From assembly GCA_965195285.1 (NCBI GenBank), contig CBDAFS010000049.1, positions 1-64,000 of the forward strand: a stretch of DNA of 64,000 bases, in the 5' to 3' direction. Below, piece by piece: positions 57,389-64,000 of this stretch; position 1 is the first letter of the stretch, and each line of letters opens with the position of its first letter. A program made the translations under genes and the position numbers. The notes under the pieces were generated by a model that was not told where the DNA came from, did not search any database, and saw nothing but the letters and a program-made list of their open reading frames with translations. The DNA comes from an uncultured Aminicenantes bacterium. GTDB taxonomy: Bacteria > Acidobacteriota > Aminicenantia > UBA2199.

Positions 57389-58465
57389 ATGATCGGAATA
57401 ACCTTTTTTGAGTTAATGAAACAAATCAAATCGGGTAGTGGAAATTTCTGCTTTACCATATTGCATGGTTTTAATGAGTTTCTGGGTGAACAGCTCATTG
57501 ATTCTTTCTGCAGCCACTTTTTGGAGAAAAAGAGTGATTTCAATTACCGACGCTATTATTTTGATATGGACAATCAGGGCAATTGGGAAGAGATCATTCA
57601 GGATGCAAAGAGTTCCAGTTTTTTTATTCAATCCCGGAAAATTCTGGTTGCCGTGATCCGCGAGGAGAAGGGAATCAACTTGAATAAAACCGATAGGGAA
57701 ATTTTAAAAGATTATTTAAAAAATCCAAACCCGAATACGGTTTTGATTCTGTATTTTTCTCTGAATTCCAGTAAAGACGAATACCGTCAAATAAAAAAAT
57801 CCAAGATATCTCCACTTATCGAGCAGCTGGACTCATCCAGCACCTGCTGTGTTGATCTGGATCGGATTTCAGAGGCGGAGGTTAAAAATTACATGAGATC
57901 TTATTTAAAGGAAAGGGGTATTTCTATTACTGCCAGTGCCCTGGAGAAAATCATTGAATTAAAGGGTGAGGATTATGCTTCGATTATCAACCAGTTGCCC
58001 AAACTCGAGATTGTCAGCCATCAGGAGAACAGCCTGGATACCGAGGATATTGAGATGATTGTTACCGGAATCGAACCCCATTCAATCTGGGATCTGACCG
58101 AGGCCATTGAGAATGAGGATACCCCCAAATATCTAGAGATCTTGAAATATCTTTTCATAAACGGGGTAAAACCCACTTTTATCCTGGGTACGCTGATCAC
58201 CCATTACAATAAAATATTCACGGCAAAATTCTTATTAAAACACAATTTTCCGGTTAACGATATTGGTAAGGTCTTGCAGCAACCCCATTTTATTTTGAAT
58301 AAATTTATCCATTCGGTCAGGAATTTCTCAGATGCCAAGCTGCAGCAAATTTTAAAAATTATTTACCAAATCGATCTGGAATTGAAAACCGGAGGAGAGG
58401 AAACCGCCCGCTTATCACTTCAGAATTTTATTTTCCAGATAAAATTGATATCCAGAAAATATTGA
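57389..58465 (+). CDS. holA: DNA polymerase III subunit delta
   Basis: leuS-lptE-holA synteny; SSSFF, IWDLTEAI, IDLELKTG. Confidence 0.8.
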   Translation: MIGITFFELMKQIKSGSGNFCFTILHGFNEFLGEQLIDSFCSHFLEKKSDFNYRRYYFDMDNQGNWEEIIQDAKSSSFFIQSRKILVAVIREEKGINLNKTDREILKDYLKNPNPNTVLILYFSLNSSKDEYRQIKKSKISPLIEQLDSSSTCCVDLDRISEAEVKNYMRSYLKERGISITASALEKIIELKGEDYASIINQLPKLEIVSHQENSLDTEDIEMIVTGIEPHSIWDLTEAIENEDTPKYLEILKYLFINGVKPTFILGTLITHYNKIFTAKFLLKHNFPVNDIGKVLQQPHFILNKFIHSVRNFSDAKLQQILKIIYQIDLELKTGGEETARLSLQNFIFQIKLISRKY

Positions 58466-58588
58466 AAATCCCGGCTACCGGTGCAATAAGTTAGATTCGA
58501 GGAACCGGGGCCAGTTGTTTTGTCCGTTTCTGGATTCAGGTCAGCCAAAGCATCTCAATAAAAAAAACAATAAATATAACCATACTGG

Positions 58589-58634
58589 TTGACATTATTG
58601 TTTAACAGTTTATAATATATTAAATTGTTAAACA
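58589..58634 (+). promoter_or_regulatory. arsR-sqr promoter with inverted-repeat operator
   Basis: TTGACA (58589-58594), 16 nt, TATAAT (58611-58616); IR TGTTTAACAGTTTA (58599-58612) / TAAATTGTTAAACA (58621-58634). Confidence 0.7.
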
Positions 58635-58966
58635 TTATAATTGAAGATATAAAAAAACAGTTCAAAGAAAATGAAAAGGTATGTGAAAAAGTTATTAATT
58701 TGTTCTCTCTCATTTCCAATAAAACCCGCTTTAGAATTCTCTGCCTGTTAAAGGAGGGTGATTTTTGTGTGAATGATATTGTTGATATCATTCAACTGTG
58801 CAAAATTTCCAATATTTCACAACAATTGAGGCTTTTAACCATGGCCGGATTGTTGGAAAAAAGGAGAGTTCAAAAGAAAATATTTTATCACCTGAAAGAT
58901 GAAAATGTAAAAAAAATGATAATTTTTTTAGAAGAAAATTATTTAAAAAAAGGAACAGAATTATGA
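58625..58966 (+). CDS. ArsR/SmtB-family regulator
   Basis: SNKTRFRILCLL...CVNDI...SNISQQLRLL...IFYHL; start codon uncertain. Confidence 0.82.
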   Translation: MLNIIIEDIKKQFKENEKVCEKVINLFSLISNKTRFRILCLLKEGDFCVNDIVDIIQLCKISNISQQLRLLTMAGLLEKRRVQKKIFYHLKDENVKKMIIFLEENYLKKGTEL

Positions 58967-60222
58967 AAAAGATTGTGATTTTGGGTGCCGGAACCGCCGG
59001 GACCATGATGGCCAATCACCTAACCAGGAAGATTAACCACCGGGAATGGTCGATTACCATTGTTGATGAGCATCGGAGCCATTATTACCAGCCTGGGTTT
59101 CTCTTGTTGCCCTTCGGATTCTATTCCGAAAAGGATGTGGTCCGAAGCAAAGCCGATTTCATTCCCGGGAAGGTTGAATTCTTGATGGAAAAGGTGGAGC
59201 TCATCGATTCCCGGAACAACCGTATTCAATTGTTAAACGGTAAAAAATTGGATTATCATATCCTGATTGTGGCTACCGGGGCCAAAATTGTGCCCGATGA
59301 AATCGAAGGACTTGATGATACCTGGTTAAAGGATATATTTGATTTTTATACCATTGAAGGGGCCAAGGCCCTGGGTGAAAAACTGAACGGCTGGAAAGGG
59401 GGTAAAATGGTAATCCATCTGGCGGAAATGCCCATCAAATGCCCGGTGGCTCCGCTGGAATTCACCTTTTTAAGCGATTGGTTTTTTAAAAAACACGGCT
59501 TGAGAGACCGGGTGGACCTGACCTACGTTACTCCCCTTTCCGGGGCCTTCACCAAACAAAATTGTAGCAATGTATTGGGCCATTTGCTGAAAGAAAAAAA
59601 CATCAACCTGGTGACGGATTTCAATATTGAACGGGTGGATTCTCAACGGAAGCAGATGGTCTCCTATGATGAAAAGAAAGTGGATTACGATCTCCTGGTC
59701 ACGGTTCCCACCAACATGGGGGATGACCTGATCGAACGATCGGGTATGGGAGATGATCTGAATTTCATTCCAACCGACAAGCATACTCTGCAGTCCAAAG
59801 AGCACGAAAATATCTTTGTACTGGGTGATGCTGCTGATGTCCCCACTTCAAAAGCCGGATCTGTGGCTCACTTTCAGGCCGAGGTTTTAATCCAGAACCT
59901 GTTGGGCTTCATGGCCGGGAAACCACTCCGGGAATCCTATGATGGCCATGCCAATTGTTTTATTGAATCGGGTGAGGGCAAGGCCTTTTTGATTGATTTT
60001 AATTATGATATCGAACCGGTGGAAGGGCATTTTCCGGTTCCCCTGCTGGGACCCTTCTCTTTGCTAAAGGAAACCCGGATCAATCACTGGGGCAAACTGG
60101 CCTTCAGGTGGATATACTGGAACCTGTTGTTAAAAGGCAGGCCGATTCCCGGAATTACTACCCATATGACCAAAGTTGGAAAAAAATTAACCAGTTTAAA
60201 TAAGGAGTACACACATGCCTAA
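58963..60222 (+). CDS. sqr: Sulfide:quinone oxidoreductase family flavoprotein
   Basis: GAGTAG, YQPG, IKCPVAPLE, LGDA, SKAGS, DGHANCF. Confidence 0.85.
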   Translation: MKKIVILGAGTAGTMMANHLTRKINHREWSITIVDEHRSHYYQPGFLLLPFGFYSEKDVVRSKADFIPGKVEFLMEKVELIDSRNNRIQLLNGKKLDYHILIVATGAKIVPDEIEGLDDTWLKDIFDFYTIEGAKALGEKLNGWKGGKMVIHLAEMPIKCPVAPLEFTFLSDWFFKKHGLRDRVDLTYVTPLSGAFTKQNCSNVLGHLLKEKNINLVTDFNIERVDSQRKQMVSYDEKKVDYDLLVTVPTNMGDDLIERSGMGDDLNFIPTDKHTLQSKEHENIFVLGDAADVPTSKAGSVAHFQAEVLIQNLLGFMAGKPLRESYDGHANCFIESGEGKAFLIDFNYDIEPVEGHFPVPLLGPFSLLKETRINHWGKLAFRWIYWNLLLKGRPIPGITTHMTKVGKKLTSLNKEYTHA

Positions 60223-60532
60223 GAAAGAAATTGCCGGCGTTAACGTCGATGTCAATGAAGAAGGTTACCTGACAGACTCTTCACAGTGGAACCGAGAGAT
60301 TGCCATTGCCATTGCCAAGGGTGAGGGTATTGCGATCCTCAATGATTTTCACTGGCAGGTGATTGAATTTTTACAAAAAGACTTTGAGGAAAAGGGAACC
60401 CTGCCGACCATCAGACGGATAAATAAGACAGGCGGGATTTCCACCAAGGAACTCTATGAATATTTTCCGGATGGTCCACTGAAAAAAGCCTCGAAAATTG
60501 CCGGCCTTTCCAAGCCACAAAGTTGCGTTTAA
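60215..60532 (+). CDS. tusE: TusE/DsrC-family sulfur relay protein (single C-terminal Cys)
   Basis: EEGYL...WN...HWQVI...LYEYFP-GP...AGLSKPQSCV. Confidence 0.85.
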   Translation: MPKKEIAGVNVDVNEEGYLTDSSQWNREIAIAIAKGEGIAILNDFHWQVIEFLQKDFEEKGTLPTIRRINKTGGISTKELYEYFPDGPLKKASKIAGLSKPQSCV

Positions 60533-60542
60533 GGAGATAACC

Positions 60543-61019
60543 ATGTCTACAGAAAATGAAAAAATCAAAAAAGTGTCCATCATTTGCTCCAAGGGCTCTC
60601 TGGACGGTATCTATCCGGCTCTGATCATGGCCAACGGTGCCCGCATGGAGGGCATTGAGGCATCCATCTTTTTTACTTTTTTCGGTTTGGACGCGATTAC
60701 CAAAAAGAGGATGAAAAAAATAAAGGTTTCCACGGTTGGAAATCCGGGTATGCACATGCCCACTCTGTTAGGAGCGATTCCGGGAATGTCAGCCATGGCA
60801 ACCGCCATGATGAATAAAAAGATGAATGATTTGGATATTCCTCCTATCCCGGAATTCATCGAGATGATCTATGATGCCGGAGCCAAACTGTATGGCTGCA
60901 AAGCCTCAGTGGATATGTTCGGATTGAAACCGGAAGATTTTTGCGAACAGGTTGAAAAAGTACTGACTGTGGGTGAATTTTACCACCTGTCGGCAGGTGC
61001 CCAGATCATTTTTACCTGA
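60543..61019 (+). CDS. DsrE/DsrF/DrsH-like (DsrE2) sulfurtransferase-family protein
   Basis: IFFTFFGL, LYGCKAS, AQIIFT; start re-called at ATG 60543 after AAGGAG. Confidence 0.82.
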   Translation: MSTENEKIKKVSIICSKGSLDGIYPALIMANGARMEGIEASIFFTFFGLDAITKKRMKKIKVSTVGNPGMHMPTLLGAIPGMSAMATAMMNKKMNDLDIPPIPEFIEMIYDAGAKLYGCKASVDMFGLKPEDFCEQVEKVLTVGEFYHLSAGAQIIFT

Positions 61020-61054
61020 TAATTCGAATTTCTCGGCTTTTCATATATTCTTTG

Positions 61055-62527
61055 TCAGCGGCTGAGGTACTGATGCATGTGTTCGGCAGCCACCTTGCCG
61101 TCGCCCATGGCCAGGATGACCGTTGCCCCGCCCCGGACAATGTCCCCACCGGCAAAAATTTCCGGTATGGAGGACTGCATGGTGTTTTCATCCACCACCA
61201 GGGTTCCCCAGCGGGTAACTTCAAGTTCGGGAATGGACTGGGGGATAATGGGATTGGGAGCGGTTCCGATTCCCACCACTACGATATCCACATCGATGTC
61301 ATACTCTGAACCGGCAATGGGCATGGGTCTGCGTCTCCCGGAATTATCGGGTTCGCCCAGTTCCATTTTCTGAATCCGCATGGATTTCACCCGGCCCTCG
61401 GAATCACCGAAATATTCGATGGGATTGTTCAGGGTCATAAATTCGATACCCTCTTCCTTGGCATGGTGCACTTCCTCGATTCGGGCCGGCATTTCTTTTT
61501 CGGATCTGCGGTAAATGATCATGGCCCTTTCTGCTCCCAGCCTCTTGGCGGTTCGAACCGAATCCATAGCGGTATTGCCCCCACCCAGCACCGCCACATG
61601 ATTGCCGCGGACAATAGGGGTATCATATTCCGGGAATTTGAAAGCCTTCATCAGGTTGACCCGGGTGAGATACTCATTGGATGAATAGATGCCGATTAAG
61701 TTCTCTCCGGGGATATTCATGAATTTGGGAAGCCCGGCTCCACTGCCCACGTAAAATCCTTTGTATCCCTCCGCTTTCAATTCCTCGATGGTTATGGTTT
61801 TTCCCACAATGATATTCTTTCTAAATTCGACTCCCATTTTTTCAAGAACACCGATCTCGGTTCTGACGATTTCCTTGGGCAATCTGAATTCCGGAATCCC
61901 GTAGACCAGAACTCCCCCGTATTCGTGAAGGGCTTCAAAAACAGTGACATCATAACCCAGCTTGACCATTTCTCCGGCCAGAGTGAGCCCGGAAGGTCCC
62001 GAACCGATCACCGCCACTTTGATGTTATTCTTTTTTGCGGTTTTGGGAACGAATATGTTGCCGCTGTTTCGTTCGTAATCCGAGGTAAATCTTTCCAGAT
62101 GCCCGATGGCCACCGGGGGTTTTTTCATTTTATTGTAAATGCATTTGATTTCGCACTGGGTTTCCTGGGGACATACCCGGCCGCAAATGGCCGGCAGGGC
62201 ATTGGTTTGCTTCAATACTTCTGCTGATTTTAAAAAATCACCCTTCTCAATATATTTGATAAACCCGGGAATGTTAATATTGACCGGACAGCCTGAAATA
62301 CAGGTGGGGGTTGGACAGTCAATGCAGCGGGATGCTTCCAGAATGGCCTGCTTTTCCGACAGTCCTTTGTTGACTTCAAAGAAATTCTGATTTCGTTTCA
62401 GAGGGGGATTTTCCGGCATCTTTACCCGATCGATATTGGACCTTTCCTTGGCCCCTTTTGATTTTCTCAGTTGATCCCGCCATTCTTGAGCTCGGTCTTT
62501 TTTTAATTCCTCATAGTTGACTGGCAT
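61055..62527 (-). CDS. nfnB: NfnB / glutamate synthase small-subunit-like flavoprotein (SudA)
   Basis: EASRCIDC, CPV, CGRVCPQE-QC, GSGPSG, YGIPEFRL, GGGNTAMD, GGDIVRG. Confidence 0.88.
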   Translation of the reverse strand: MPVNYEELKKDRAQEWRDQLRKSKGAKERSNIDRVKMPENPPLKRNQNFFEVNKGLSEKQAILEASRCIDCPTPTCISGCPVNINIPGFIKYIEKGDFLKSAEVLKQTNALPAICGRVCPQETQCEIKCIYNKMKKPPVAIGHLERFTSDYERNSGNIFVPKTAKKNNIKVAVIGSGPSGLTLAGEMVKLGYDVTVFEALHEYGGVLVYGIPEFRLPKEIVRTEIGVLEKMGVEFRKNIIVGKTITIEELKAEGYKGFYVGSGAGLPKFMNIPGENLIGIYSSNEYLTRVNLMKAFKFPEYDTPIVRGNHVAVLGGGNTAMDSVRTAKRLGAERAMIIYRRSEKEMPARIEEVHHAKEEGIEFMTLNNPIEYFGDSEGRVKSMRIQKMELGEPDNSGRRRPMPIAGSEYDIDVDIVVVGIGTAPNPIIPQSIPELEVTRWGTLVVDENTMQSSIPEIFAGGDIVRGGATVILAMGDGKVAAEHMHQYLSR

Positions 62528-62536
62528 GTGGTCTCC

Positions 62537-63364
62537 TTATCCAATTTCCTTCTGATAATTTGAGTACGAAATCTCTTCTTCTTTTTTATAAGCATTTAAA
62601 CGTTTCAGCATCTCATCAAAATCGACCTGGTGGGCATCAAATTCCGGCCCTTCCACGCAGACAAATTTGGTTTTTCCGCCTACACTGATTCGGCAGGCCC
62701 CGCACATGCCGGTTCCATCCACCATAATGGTATTCAGGCTGGCAATGGTGGGGATTTTATATTTCTGGGTGAGCAGGGCAACGAATTTCATCATGATGGC
62801 CGGACCAATGGTCACCACCTCATTGACCTTTTCCCTTTTAATAACATTTTCAATTCCAGTGGTAATCAATCCTTTTTGACCATAGGATCCATCATCGGTC
62901 ATGATTATAATCTCATCGGCAAAAGCACTCATTTCTTTTTCCAGAAGGATCAGGTCTTTACTGCGAGCAGCCAGAATCACGATCAGTTTATTTCCCGCTT
63001 CCTTCAGGGCTTTGGCAATGGGATACAGGGGGGCAATTCCCACCCCGCCTCCGGCCGCAATAACCGTACCGACCTTTTCGATTTTGGTGGCCTTTCCCAT
63101 GGGGCCGACCAGATCCATAATAGAATCACCTTTCTTCAGATTGAACATTTTATGGGACGTCGTACCGACCTTCTGAATAACCAGGGTAATGGTACCGGAT
63201 TGGGTATCGGCATCGGCAATGGTGAGGGGTATGCGCTCACCCTTTTCAGAAATTTTAACGATTACAAATTGTCCTGCTTTCCTGCTTTTTGCTATGGCCT
63301 GACCTTCGATAACCAGTTTGACCACATTCTCGGATAGAATTTCCTTTTCAATTATTTTGTACAT
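62537..63364 (-). CDS. nfnA: NfnA / PyrK-like FAD and [2Fe-2S] subunit (SudB)
   Basis: GQFV, ERIPLTI, GGGVG, GPAIMM, MVDGTGMCGACR...CVEGPEF; start re-called at 63364. Confidence 0.88.
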   Translation of the reverse strand: MYKIIEKEILSENVVKLVIEGQAIAKSRKAGQFVIVKISEKGERIPLTIADADTQSGTITLVIQKVGTTSHKMFNLKKGDSIMDLVGPMGKATKIEKVGTVIAAGGGVGIAPLYPIAKALKEAGNKLIVILAARSKDLILLEKEMSAFADEIIIMTDDGSYGQKGLITTGIENVIKREKVNEVVTIGPAIMMKFVALLTQKYKIPTIASLNTIMVDGTGMCGACRISVGGKTKFVCVEGPEFDAHQVDFDEMLKRLNAYKKEEEISYSNYQKEIG

Positions 63365-63509
63365 CAAGCGACCTCCAAAATTATTAAGGTTACAACATAT
63401 CAAAAAATCGGGCAAATTTCAATTCAAAAAAATTGTTTTTCATTTCATATCAAATGCGACCGGGATATGATAAAATCAAAAATATGGCCAGGCCAAGGCG
63501 ATTACCGAA

Positions 63510-64000
63510 GTGAAAACAAAGGAATTTCTGATCAAACGGACTATCGGCTCAGTGGTTTTTTATCCGGTTTTGATATGGGTTCTGGTTTTTAATAATTGTG
63601 TGCCCAAAAGATATACCCTGAATCTGGATGTACCCGGATTCCATCATTCCATCCGCTTGAAATTCAGTTTAAAAAATGACCGTGAGCGGCAGAGCGGAAA
63701 GATTGTGATGAAGTTTGATTCCCGTCGGGCCAAAATTCTTTTTCTGTCCCCTTTGAATCAGGTCTATTTCAAATTGCTGGTGGAAAACAACCGGGGTATC
63801 CTGATCAACACCAGGGAAAAAAAATACTGGGAAGGCGGATTTGATGAATTACTGAAGAAAATGTGGGATATGAATTTATGTTTTGATGACCTGAAACGGT
63901 TGCTTCACCTGGGGGTCATACCCCGGCAAAAATTAAAGGCTTCTGGATTTCAACTGGAACTGGAAAAGGACCGGGAGTCCGGAAACCCGACCCGGGTTAT
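63510..64000 (+). CDS. Hypothetical lipoprotein (LolB/DUF4292-like), 3'-truncated; absent from the ORF track
   Basis: Frame open from GTG 63510 to the window end: hydrophobic leader ending FNNC, then QSGKI...FLSPLNQ...KKYWEG. Confidence 0.5.
   Translation, partial: MKTKEFLIKRTIGSVVFYPVLIWVLVFNNCVPKRYTLNLDVPGFHHSIRLKFSLKNDRERQSGKIVMKFDSRRAKILFLSPLNQVYFKLLVENNRGILINTREKKYWEGGFDELLKKMWDMNLCFDDLKRLLHLGVIPRQKLKASGFQLELEKDRESGNPTRV

Noticed and set aside
60215-61019. Dissimilatory sulfite reduction (true DsrC, DsrEFH)
   Set aside because: The DsrC-family protein lacks the second conserved Cys and no dsrAB or dsrMK genes are present
61055-62527. Glutamate synthase
   Set aside because: No large subunit; pairing with a PyrK-like gene indicates NfnAB/SudAB
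720-63337. Numerous 60-235 aa antisense or out-of-frame ORFs in the track (e.g. 23729-24388, 24838-25458, 62630-63337)
   Set aside because: They overlap well-supported genes and show no RBS or recognisable motif; treated as shadow ORFs

Overview
64 kb of bacterial chromosome from an anaerobic diderm. Gene content (VPS10-type protein, Tat-exported aldo/keto reductase, System II cytochrome c maturation, leuS-lptE-holA) suggests Aminicenantes/Acidobacteriota or similar; this is inference only. Main blocks: (1) a Fur-associated NifB/NifX and Fe-S P-loop ATPase cluster with nifU; (2) a REP-associated Y1/HUH transposase (RAYT) with GTAG-type REP palindromes bracketing accessory genes (MBL hydrolase, lipoprotein metallophosphoesterase, exported metacaspase); (3) an octaheme cytochrome; (4) a sulfate ABC system (cysTWA ... 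sbp) split by an acyl-CoA and two-component block, with one palindromic operator shared by three promoters including that of a porin; (5) a tetraheme cytochrome with ResB/CcsA; (6) a periplasmic [NiFe] hydrogenase, mobA, hypFC; (7) a second, different Y1/HUH transposase bounded by perfect 28-bp inverted repeats, whose same polar ends also bound a transposase-free two-gene cassette about 2.2 kb away; (8) leuS-lptE-holA; (9) arsR-sqr-tusE-dsrE2; (10) nfnAB. The best candidate for an undescribed system is the HUH transposase / inverted-repeat cargo-cassette arrangement at 48.8-54.2 kb. No rRNA, tRNA or CRISPR array was recognised. All product calls come from motif recognition, not database searches.
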